Shown: piece after piece, positions 49,739 to 57,958 of the stretch | How the letters are laid out: every line of letters begins with the position of its first letter | How positions within the stretch are numbered: position 1 is the first letter of the stretch | Assembly: GCA_963725665.1 (NCBI GenBank) | Contig: CAVRZA010000006.1 | Coordinates: 352,001 to 416,000, forward strand | Length of the DNA stretch: 64,000 bases | From: an uncultured Actinomycetes bacterium | GTDB taxonomy: Bacteria; Actinomycetota; Thermoleophilia; UBA2241 | Direction of reading: 5' to 3' | Program-made: the position numbers and the translations under genes | Notes under the pieces: model-generated | Database searches by the model: none | The model's input: only the letters and a program-made list of their open reading frames with translations | Told to the model about the DNA's origin: nothing

Positions 49739-50563
49739 TCACCCGCTCGCGGCACCTGTGGCCAGGTCGACCACGGTCAGGAACGTCCGGTACACCGTAA
49801 GATAGTCGGGTGCCTCGATGTCGACGGTGCGCGCGTCGATGCGTGTCACGGCTGGGCAGCGCGAGGCGTAGTCGCAGTACTCGGTCTTCATGAAGACGAC
49901 CCGCATCGGCATGCCGTCGAAACGCAGCGGCTCGGGCCTGCGCTCAGCGCTCAGCGCCCGCTCGACGCCCTCGCGAATCCGGCGGTGAGCCTCGTCGGGC
50001 GCCAGCAGTCGCGCCGCCGTGCGCGCCACGCCCACCTTCACCGCCGCGGTCTCGATCCCGGGCACGAGCTCCGCCGCCTCGCGCGCGACCTTGTCGTCAC
50101 CGCAGACGAACACGACCGGCACGGCGAACGAGCCGGCAACGCCCCCGTTGATGCCCACCTCCCCGACCTCGAGGTGCTCGTCGAGACGGACCCTGAACAC
50201 GAAGCCGGCGTAGGTGTGGTCGATGACGGCCGCGGCGGTGCCGGCCCTGGCGTGGTAGCCGATGAAGAGCGCCGCATCGAAAGAGGCGTCGATACCGGTC
50301 ATCATGCTGAGTGGCGTGGGCGTGCCGCTGATGAGCGTGACCCCCGAGGGCAGCTCTCTGAAGCTCAGGTTGGCCATGCGGTCGTGCGCGTCGCAGACGA
50401 CGACTTCATCGGCGCCGGCCGCAACGCAGCCCGCCAGGGCGGCGTCGAGGTCGGCGCGCATGAGGCCGACGTCGCGCGCGTAAGCGGGATCGCCGAGCTC
50501 GGTCTGCTCCTCCGAGTAGATGCCGCTGATCCCCTCGAGGTCGATGCTGATGAAGACCCTCAC
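49739..50563 (-). CDS. M55-family D-aminopeptidase (DppA-like)
   Basis: ISIDLEGISG, CDAH, GYHARAG, DHT, GDD. Confidence 0.92.
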   Translation of the reverse strand: MRVFISIDLEGISGIYSEEQTELGDPAYARDVGLMRADLDAALAGCVAAGADEVVVCDAHDRMANLSFRELPSGVTLISGTPTPLSMMTGIDASFDAALFIGYHARAGTAAAVIDHTYAGFVFRVRLDEHLEVGEVGINGGVAGSFAVPVVFVCGDDKVAREAAELVPGIETAAVKVGVARTAARLLAPDEAHRRIREGVERALSAERRPEPLRFDGMPMRVVFMKTEYCDYASRCPAVTRIDARTVDIEAPDYLTVYRTFLTVVDLATGAASG

Positions 50564-51639
50564 GACGGCCTCTCCTCCAGCGTCACGAAGTAGCCGGGTT
50601 CGTAGACCTCGCCGATCCGCCGCGCAAGGGCGGCGACCAGCTGAGCCGTCAACTCCGCGTCCTTCCCGCGCACGACCTCGAACGGCGAGTGCATGTAGCG
50701 CATGGGGACGCCCAAGTTCAGGTTGGCGACGTCGGGCCAGACCTGGAGCTCGTCGGTGTCGGTGTGTGTAGGGGCGGGGGAGGCCTTCACCTGGAGAGGG
50801 ATGCCCTCCGTCTCGGCGACCTCGCACGCCAGAGCGAAGAGCCTCTTGTTGGAGCAGCTACCGCGCAGGATGACCGGCCCCTTGCCCAACTCGCAGAGGC
50901 CGCCGCCCTTCTTGGCGTCCATCTCCGGCTGATCGGAGGCGAATTCGCCGTCCACGACGATCGTGCACTGAGGTCGCAGCCGCAGCGCCTGGCCGCGAGC
51001 ACCGAGGCAGACCGTCTCCTCGCCCACCGTGGAGAGGGCCAGCAGACCGCTCCGCCCGGGACTCTCCGCGTAGTGCTCTAGCGCGCGCACGGCGACGTAC
51101 ACCCCGACGCGGTCGTCGAGCGCCGGGCCACTGAAAGTGTCGGGTGTCAGCTCGACGAAGCTCGGGCGCACGCTGACCGGGTCGCCGGGTGAGACGCGCC
51201 CCTCAGCCTCCTGGCGGTTCGCGGCGCCGATGTCGAGCCACTGGTCCTTGAGGTCGGGGGCGTTGCGCCGTTCTTCGGTTGGGATGAGGTGAGTCGGCCG
51301 CTTGCCGCTCACGGCAGCCACGGGGCCCGCCGCGGTCTGGATAACGTACTCGCGACCTTGGGTGATGGTGGGATCCCAGCCCCCCACGGTGCGGAAGTAG
51401 ACGAAGCCCTGATCGTCGGCGTGGGTCACGGCGAACCCGATCTGGTCGGCGTGACCAGTCACCACCACCTGTGGCACGGCGCCCACGTTCACCTCCCCGA
51501 GGACGTCGCCGAAGGCGTCGACCTCGGGGGTGGTGATCCGGCTCAGACGGTCGCGGACGATCCTCTGCACCGGCTCCTCGTAGCCGCTGACCCCGGGGGC
51601 GGTGGAAAGATCGCGCAGGAAGTCCACATCGACGGCCAC
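50560..51639 (-). CDS. M42-family aminopeptidase
   Basis: PGVSGYE, HADQIG, LDDRVG, EE, RYMHSP; AGGAGG before GTG. Confidence 0.9.
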   Translation of the reverse strand: MAVDVDFLRDLSTAPGVSGYEEPVQRIVRDRLSRITTPEVDAFGDVLGEVNVGAVPQVVVTGHADQIGFAVTHADDQGFVYFRTVGGWDPTITQGREYVIQTAAGPVAAVSGKRPTHLIPTEERRNAPDLKDQWLDIGAANRQEAEGRVSPGDPVSVRPSFVELTPDTFSGPALDDRVGVYVAVRALEHYAESPGRSGLLALSTVGEETVCLGARGQALRLRPQCTIVVDGEFASDQPEMDAKKGGGLCELGKGPVILRGSCSNKRLFALACEVAETEGIPLQVKASPAPTHTDTDELQVWPDVANLNLGVPMRYMHSPFEVVRGKDAELTAQLVAALARRIGEVYEPGYFVTLEERPS

Positions 51640-51989
51640 AGAACTCCTCCTCATGCTCGTTGCGACGCGTGCGCCAGCAGGCGCGGAACGCGCTCAGGAT
51701 TCTAGCAAACGGCGGCGCCCCCGATCGCGCTGCGCTACCACGGGCTCATGCGACAGGTGCCGACCGCCGGCGGGGGAAGCATTGTGAAGCTTGTGAAGGA
51801 CCATGAGATCCACACGAAGATTCTCGACTTCCGCCCTCTTTGCAGGAGAAACGGACACACGGCGAACGTTTGCTGCATGTTTCAACATGCGGGATGCAGG
51901 CCATAAGCAAGGTAGATGCTAGGAGCATAATACGTACCACTCTTCGCGCCGCAAGGGCGGCGTCTCATCGGGGAGAAGGTGATGCGATC

Positions 51990-52409
51990 ATGCAGCAGGC
52001 AAAGCCGAAGTGGCTGAGAAGCACGAAGGGCACCCCGTTCACTGGCATCGGGTCGCTCGAGGCCGACATCCTGGCCATCATCTGGGAGAAGGACCGGGCG
52101 ACGGTGCGCGACGTGTACGAGGCGCTCCGGCAGCAGCGCCCGATCGCCTACACCACCGTCATGACGGTGATGAACAACCTGGTGAAGAAGAACTTGCTGT
52201 CCCAGGACAAGACCAACATCGCTTACGTCTACACTCCGGCGATCCCCGGTGCCGAGGTAGCCCAGACCATCCTCGACAGCGTCGTACAGCGCCTGTTGCG
52301 CGGGCAGCCGAACATCGCCGTGTCGTATCTCCTCGGCCTCAAGACGGTGCTGACACCGCAGCAGACCGAAGAGCTCAAGAAGTACGCCGAGGAGCGTCTC
52401 GGCGCATAG
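51990..52409 (+). CDS. BlaI/MecI/CopY-family repressor
   Basis: GSLEADILAIIW..ATVRDV..IAYTTVMTVMNNLVKK. Confidence 0.92.
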   Translation: MQQAKPKWLRSTKGTPFTGIGSLEADILAIIWEKDRATVRDVYEALRQQRPIAYTTVMTVMNNLVKKNLLSQDKTNIAYVYTPAIPGAEVAQTILDSVVQRLLRGQPNIAVSYLLGLKTVLTPQQTEELKKYAEERLGA

Positions 52410-52417
52410 CCGACGAC

Positions 52418-52450
52418 GAGGGGCGGCCCCAGGCCGCCCCTCTTGTTCTT
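52418..52450 (+). terminator. Intrinsic terminator after the blaI-like gene
   Basis: GAGGGGCGGCC-CCA-GGCCGCCCCTC followed by TTGTTCTT. Confidence 0.8.
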
Positions 52451-52608
52451 CAGCCACTGCAGAGGTCGCGTCTCAACGAGTGGCGCGTGCCGGCAGCCAA
52501 GCCTGAGCGTCGCACAAGCGTCGAGATCCTCACCAAGTCGACGCACTCGCTGAAGCCGCTCTCACTCCTCCGCTCTCGGGCCCCACAGCGCCCTCGGCGC
52601 GCGCCCCT

Positions 52609-54387
52609 TCACATGCTCTCCGGCGCGCTCACGCCCAGCAGCCTCAGACCGCTGGCGAGCGTCGCCTGCGTCGCCCTGCACAGCCCGACGCGGTAGGCGG
52701 CCACATCCTCCTCGTCGGCCAGCACGCGGCAGTGGCGATAGAAGACGTGGAACTCCGCCGCCAGCTCGCCGAGATAGGCGTGCAGGCGATGCGGCGCGCG
52801 GCGCAGCGTGGCCTCGCGTACCACCAACGGAAAGCGCGCCAGCGCGCGTACGAGCGCGCGCTCACACGGCCCGAGGTCGAGCTCGCGGAGGCGGGCGCGT
52901 GGCGCGGGCGCCGCGGCGCCCGCGCCACGCGCCTCCAGGTTCTTGAGGATGCTGCAGATGCGCGCGTGCGCGTACTGCACGTAGTACACCGGGTTCTTAC
53001 TCGACTGCTCGACCGCCAAGTCGAGGTCAAGCTCGAGCGTCGAGTCGTGACTGCGTCCGACCAGGAAGAAGCGCGCCGCGTCGACACCGATCGCGTCGAG
53101 AAGGTCGTCGACGGTGACGATGTCCCCTCTGCGCTTGCTCATGCGCCGAGCCTCGCCGCTCTCGGTGAGGTTCACGAGCTGACCGATGATGAGCTCCAGC
53201 GTGTCGGGATCGTGCGGCGGCAGCGCCGTGAAGGCCGCTTTCATACGTGGCACGTAGCCGTGGTGGTCGGCGCCCCAGATGTCGATCAGGTGCTCGAAGC
53301 CGCGGTCGAGCTTGTCGCGGTGGTAAGCGATGTCGGAGAGGAAGTAGGTCGGCGCGCCGCTCTGCCGGACAAGGACCCGGTCCTTGTCGTCGCCGTACTC
53401 GGTCGTGCGCAGCCAAACGGCGCCTTCTTCATCGTAGAGCAGCCCCTCCCCGTCCATCTGCCGCAGCGCCCTGCCAACCTCGCCGCGGAACCCGCGGTGT
53501 TGCTCTTCGCCGCCCTCGTAGAGCGTCGTCTCGCTCTTCCAGACGTCGAAGGGCACACCCAGACGCCCGAGTGAGGCGCGGAACAAGGCCAGGACCCTGT
53601 CGCGCCCCCATAAGCCGATCTCGGTCACGACGCCCTCGGGGATCGCTTCGGCGTGCGGCGCCGCCGCGCTCACGACGTCCTTGTACCGCTCTCCGAGCTC
53701 GTCGACGAGCTCGCGTGCGATGTCGGCCAGGTACTCGCCCAGATAGCCCTCGGCCGGCAGATCGACGGCGATGCCGAGAGTCTGACCGTAGCGAGCCGCA
53801 AGCGACTGCCCAAAACGCACCATCTGCGTGCCGTAGTCGTTCACGTAGAACTCGCGCGTCACATCGTGGCCGGCGAAGGCGAAGATGCGGCAGAGCGCGT
53901 CCCCGTAGGCGGCGTAGCGCGCGTGACCGACGTGCAGGGGGCCGGTCGGATTGACGCTCACGAACTCGACATTGACCCGGCGGCGCTCGCCCGCATCAAG
54001 GACGCCGTTCCCGTATACCTCGCCGGCGTCGAGCATGTGCTGCAGCGCGCCACGATACCAGGCTGGGCCGAGGAAGAGGTTGAGGAAGCCCGGCCCCGCG
54101 ACCTCGTAGCGCTCGCCCACCGCCGCCCCGTCGCCGACGAGCCAGCGACGGCCGATCTCGTCAGCGAGGTCGCGGGGCCGGCGGCCGCTCCTGCCCGCCA
54201 AGACAAGGGCCACATTGGAGGAGACGTCGCCGAACTCGGGCCGCGGCGGCACGGTGAGCTCGATGCCTTGCCGGTCGAGGACCGGCAGGACGCCACTCGC
54301 GCTCATCTCGTCGACGACACGCTCGAGCGAGCGGGCCAGTCCGGCGAAGTCGAACAGCCCGCAATCAGGGTGGTCAGCCTCGTTCAT
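52609..54387 (-). CDS. argS: Arginine--tRNA ligase
   Basis: EFVSVNPTGPLHVGH, WGADHHGY, MSKRRG, YYVQYAHAR. Confidence 0.97.
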   Translation of the reverse strand: MNEADHPDCGLFDFAGLARSLERVVDEMSASGVLPVLDRQGIELTVPPRPEFGDVSSNVALVLAGRSGRRPRDLADEIGRRWLVGDGAAVGERYEVAGPGFLNLFLGPAWYRGALQHMLDAGEVYGNGVLDAGERRRVNVEFVSVNPTGPLHVGHARYAAYGDALCRIFAFAGHDVTREFYVNDYGTQMVRFGQSLAARYGQTLGIAVDLPAEGYLGEYLADIARELVDELGERYKDVVSAAAPHAEAIPEGVVTEIGLWGRDRVLALFRASLGRLGVPFDVWKSETTLYEGGEEQHRGFRGEVGRALRQMDGEGLLYDEEGAVWLRTTEYGDDKDRVLVRQSGAPTYFLSDIAYHRDKLDRGFEHLIDIWGADHHGYVPRMKAAFTALPPHDPDTLELIIGQLVNLTESGEARRMSKRRGDIVTVDDLLDAIGVDAARFFLVGRSHDSTLELDLDLAVEQSSKNPVYYVQYAHARICSILKNLEARGAGAAAPAPRARLRELDLGPCERALVRALARFPLVVREATLRRAPHRLHAYLGELAAEFHVFYRHCRVLADEEDVAAYRVGLCRATQATLASGLRLLGVSAPESM

Positions 54388-54432
54388 GACAACGTCTCCA
54401 CATCGCTCCGCCGGTCGAAGGAAGCCGGCCTC

Positions 54433-54897
54433 TTAGTGATGGTAGGTCTCCCCCCGCGTGATCTTCAAGCCGCGGAAGAGTTGCTCGGCCAAGACGACGC
54501 GGGCAAGCTGATGGGGCAGCGTCAGCGCCGAGAGTGAGAGCAGCTCGTCGACGGCCGTCAGCACCGTCTCGTCGAGGCCCAGCGAACCTCCGATGACGAA
54601 GGTGACGGGTCCCTCCTCCAGACGCCGCCGCAGCTCGTCAGCGAAGCCGAACGAGTCCGGCGTCCGCCCGGCGCCGTCGAGCGCCACCGTCCGCCCTGAT
54701 GCCGGCAGCAGAGCCAGCAGCCGGCGCCCTTCATCGCGCAGGACCTCGCTCTCGCTGCGCCCGCGCAGCGGCACCGCCTTCACCTCTCGCACCTCGAGCG
54801 TGGCGAGGCCGCGGAGCAGTCGGCGGTAGTGCTCGAAGGCCGGCGCGAAGTGGCCGTCCAAGGCGCCGACCGCAAGGATATGGATGCGCGGCGCCAT
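54433..54897 (-). CDS. rlmH: 23S rRNA m3Psi1915 methyltransferase
   Basis: FVIGGSLG, LSLSALTLPHQLARVVLAEQLFRG, YHH. Confidence 0.93.
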   Translation of the reverse strand: MAPRIHILAVGALDGHFAPAFEHYRRLLRGLATLEVREVKAVPLRGRSESEVLRDEGRRLLALLPASGRTVALDGAGRTPDSFGFADELRRRLEEGPVTFVIGGSLGLDETVLTAVDELLSLSALTLPHQLARVVLAEQLFRGLKITRGETYHH

Positions 54898-55004
54898 GTC
54901 ACCACGCTATCACCCCTCCCCTCCACGTACCACATCTCCCGGCGCCGCGTTCACTTCGTCCACGGAGGGGGGAGAGTATCGATGAGAGCAAGCGGAGGCT
55001 GCAG

Positions 55005-55190
55005 GTGGACGACGATCAGGTAGCGCCGGAGACGGCTGCCGGCGAGGGCATCTGCGTGGAGTGCGGCGGGCTTATCCCGCGCGAGCGCCTGGTGACGCTC
55101 GCGGACGTGTTCCGCTGCGGCGAATGCACTCGCACTTACGAGGCCGCGAGCGGACCGGCGGCAGCAGAGAGGCTTGGGAAGACAGCGTAG
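55005..55190 (+). CDS. Small DksA/TraR-type C4 zinc-finger protein
   Basis: GICVECGGLIPRERL..RCGEC; GGAGG upstream of the GTG. Confidence 0.65.
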   Translation: MDDDQVAPETAAGEGICVECGGLIPRERLVTLADVFRCGECTRTYEAASGPAAAERLGKTA

Positions 55191-55225
55191 GCCCCTCGGC
55201 AGGCGCGGGGAGGATCCTGGGCCGG

Positions 55226-56392
55226 TCAGACGCCGGGCGCGTAGAAGACGACGTGACCGACGCCTTCGCCTTTGGCGACGTACATCGACGTCGTCGCCTT
55301 GCCGACCAGTTCCTCGACCGTCGGTCCGTCTTCCGGATACGACGCGACGCCGGCACACGCCGTCAGCGTGAACCTCCGCCCCGTCGCCTCAAAGGACATC
55401 CCGCTCACCGACGCCAGCAGCCTCTGCAGCGCGGTCCCGGCTTCCTGCTCGGCAGTCTCGGGCAACGCAAGGAGGAACTCGTCGGCGCCGTAGCGACAGA
55501 CGAGGTCGCAGCGGCGCACGCGCGCGTTCAGCGCGCTCGCCCACTGCCGCAGCACCTCGTCGCCGGCCTGCCTGCCCGCCGTCTCGTTGACCAGTGCGAA
55601 ACCGTCGACATCGAGCATCACGAAGGTGACGTGACGTCCGTACCGCTCGGCACGGACGAGCTCGAGGGCGGCGTGCTCCCGCAAGTGACGGTAGTTGAGG
55701 AGGCCGGTCAGCGGATCGCGCGTCTCCAGGGCCCGCCGCTCCTGCATCAGCCGCAGGTTCTCGACCGCCACATCCGATTGCTCGGCTAGGGTCGCGAGCA
55801 GGCGGCGCTGGTCGTCCCCCCGGGACCCGTCCTCGAGGAACAGGTAGCTCTCTCCGTCTGAGGAGTAAGCCTCGAACTGGCAGACGGTGTCGCCGAGACC
55901 GCAGCAGAGAGTCTCCTTGCTGATCACCTCGCGCCCGGTGATGCGCTCGAGCATGCCATCGATGAGACCGTGCTCGAGCGTGCACAGCGGGGCGCCGACG
56001 GCCGGCAGGCGATGGCACGTGAGGCAATGTGAGAGCTTGACCAGGACTTTCTCCTCGTCGAGCTCGACCTCGACCTCGCCGAGGTCCATCCCGCGGAACC
56101 AGTCCTTGAGCGCCTGAATCGAGCCCAGCTTGAGGTCGCGGCTGAAGTCCTTCGCCGCAAGGTACAGCACGGAACGCGTGCTCGCACCCAGCACGCGCGG
56201 CAGCAAGGCGAACTGCAGGAGCCGGAAGAGCGGCAGCGACGCGCGCTCCTCGCCATTGGAGGCGGCCAGGATCTGCTCGGACGTGGGGAGGGAAAGCTCT
56301 TCGTCGGGACGCGTCAGCGCCAGCAGGTTGCGCAGGTTGCGCGCGAACAGACCCGCCAGTGATAGCTCCTCATACGCGCGGGACGATGCTAT
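55226..56392 (-). CDS. V4R-domain + GGDEF-domain protein (diguanylate cyclase-like), apparent ATA start
   Basis: CLTC..C..EHGLIDG..ETLCCGLGDTVCQF (V4R); DPLTGLLN, RRCD, RYGADEF; the frame stays open 62 codons upstream of the TTG at 56206. Confidence 0.85.
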   Translation of the reverse strand: MASSRAYEELSLAGLFARNLRNLLALTRPDEELSLPTSEQILAASNGEERASLPLFRLLQFALLPRVLGASTRSVLYLAAKDFSRDLKLGSIQALKDWFRGMDLGEVEVELDEEKVLVKLSHCLTCHRLPAVGAPLCTLEHGLIDGMLERITGREVISKETLCCGLGDTVCQFEAYSSDGESYLFLEDGSRGDDQRRLLATLAEQSDVAVENLRLMQERRALETRDPLTGLLNYRHLREHAALELVRAERYGRHVTFVMLDVDGFALVNETAGRQAGDEVLRQWASALNARVRRCDLVCRYGADEFLLALPETAEQEAGTALQRLLASVSGMSFEATGRRFTLTACAGVASYPEDGPTVEELVGKATTSMYVAKGEGVGHVVFYAPGV

Positions 56393-56575
56393 GGTGCCCC
56401 TCCCCCCTCAATGAAGGGTGCCCTAGGCGACTGCGATACTCTCCCGAGGCGGCCCGCTGCCTCTGGCCCCGAAGGGCAGAGTCTAGGATTACTATAGTGC
56501 ATGTCGGGAAGGGCTTGAACGGGCGGCAGCCCGGGAACGAGGGGAAGCGTTGCCTGGAAAGCCGACGTACGTAGC

Positions 56576-57379
56576 ATGAATGAGACACCGGGACATCATC
56601 CGCGACACCCTCACGGCGGCCCCGAGCGCGAACACGGAGCGGGGGAGCGCCGGCGTCCCGGTGTCCACGAGCACGAACACGCTCCGCCAGCGCATGCCGA
56701 GCATCCGCACGTACACGTCGCCCACCACAAGCGCGCCCTGCGCGAGCACGTCCTGGCACGTCGCGATCGCCTCCCGGCAGCCGCGCGGCGCACCCACAGC
56801 GCTCGCGTCTTCGACCACCTCATGACGTTGCCAGAGCTGAAGACGGCGACCAGCGTCATGTGCTTCGTCTCGTTCGGAAGCGAGGTAGACACCGCGCCGC
56901 TCGTGCGCTGGTGCCTCGAGCAGGGCAAGCGTGTCGCTCTGCCGCGCATCGTCGGCAGGCGCCACATGGAGGCCTTCTGGGTGACCGATCCCGCGGCCGA
57001 CCTCGAGAGCGGCTCGTACGGTATCCGCGAGCCGCGTTCCGGCCTGCCCCAAGCGTCACCGGAGGCGATCGACCTGATCGTGGTGCCCGGCAGTGCCTTC
57101 GACCGCTCCGGCGACCGCATGGGCTACGGAGGCGGTTTCTACGACACCTTCTTGCCGAGGCTGCGCCCGGGGACGCCGCGCGTGGCGGTCGCCTTCGATC
57201 TGCAGCTCGTCGACGACGTGCCCGAGGAGGGCCACGATTTGAGTGTCGACGTGCTGGTGACCGAGCGCGGGGTGCTGCGTTGTGTGCGCGAGGACGCTGG
57301 GGAGGCGAGTCGCGAGGCGGGCGATTCTACCCCGCGGACTCCATCATCCCAGCCGCCAGGCGACGCACATCAGCGATGA
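56576..57379 (+). CDS. 5-formyltetrahydrofolate cyclo-ligase with His-rich N-terminal extension
   Basis: KRALR, SEVDT, YGIREP, VPGSAFD..RMGYGGGFYD, HDLSVD; start uncertain. Confidence 0.9.
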   Translation: MNETPGHHPRHPHGGPEREHGAGERRRPGVHEHEHAPPAHAEHPHVHVAHHKRALREHVLARRDRLPAAARRTHSARVFDHLMTLPELKTATSVMCFVSFGSEVDTAPLVRWCLEQGKRVALPRIVGRRHMEAFWVTDPAADLESGSYGIREPRSGLPQASPEAIDLIVVPGSAFDRSGDRMGYGGGFYDTFLPRLRPGTPRVAVAFDLQLVDDVPEEGHDLSVDVLVTERGVLRCVREDAGEASREAGDSTPRTPSSQPPGDAHQR

Positions 57380-57899
57380 GCTTGTCGTTCTTCGCCGCAT
57401 CGCCGATCCTGGAAGCCAGCCCGCACGCCACCAGCGGCTTGAGCCGGCCGTCGCTGCTGAAGGCCACGTAGCGCCGCAGTGTGTCGATGACCTTGCCCAG
57501 ACCAGTGCTCTCGGCGACGGCGACAAGGCCGACAACACGCGCCTTGAGCCACACCCCATGGTTGTAGTTGTGGCAGTTGCGGTCGATGAAGACCTTCATC
57601 TGGCCCGTGACGTCCTCGTAGTAGGACGGCGAGGCGAGGAGCAGGAGGTCGGCTTCGTAGACCTTGCGCAAGAGCAGCGGCATGTCGTCTTCGAGCGGAC
57701 AATCGGCAAGGCGGGCACAGTCATCGTGACCCTCGCAGGGCAGGATGCGGTAGTCGGCCAGCATGAGCTTCTCGCAGCGCGCGCCGCGTCGCTCGAACTC
57801 GTCGATCGCGGCGTCGACGAGGCATGACGTGTTGCCGGCGGCGCGCGGGCTGCCGACGACGCAGACGACGCTGGGCTGGCTCGTGAGACCGATCACCAT
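57327..57899 (-). CDS. Iron-sulfur flavoprotein / NADPH-dependent FMN reductase family
   Basis: GSPRAAGNT, CEGHDDC...C..EDDM, SPSYY, KVFIDR. Confidence 0.85.
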   Translation of the reverse strand: MVIGLTSQPSVVCVVGSPRAAGNTSCLVDAAIDEFERRGARCEKLMLADYRILPCEGHDDCARLADCPLEDDMPLLLRKVYEADLLLLASPSYYEDVTGQMKVFIDRNCHNYNHGVWLKARVVGLVAVAESTGLGKVIDTLRRYVAFSSDGRLKPLVACGLASRIGDAAKNDKLIADVRRLAAGMMESAG

Positions 57900-57958
57900 C
57901 TCGACTCCCCTGTTGCCGTTCGGCTGCCCGTGGTCACAGACACACGTTCACAGTCGCA

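Noticed and set aside
56473-56575. THF or ZTP riboswitch, or 6S RNA, as a firm feature
   Set aside because: Only superficial similarity (GCAGAGT..., CTTGAAC); the conserved cores could not be matched, so it is kept as a low-interest finding only.
57327-57379. 53-bp convergent overlap of the cyclo-ligase and flavoprotein 3' ends
   Set aside because: Low-complexity tail extension, common in high-GC genomes.
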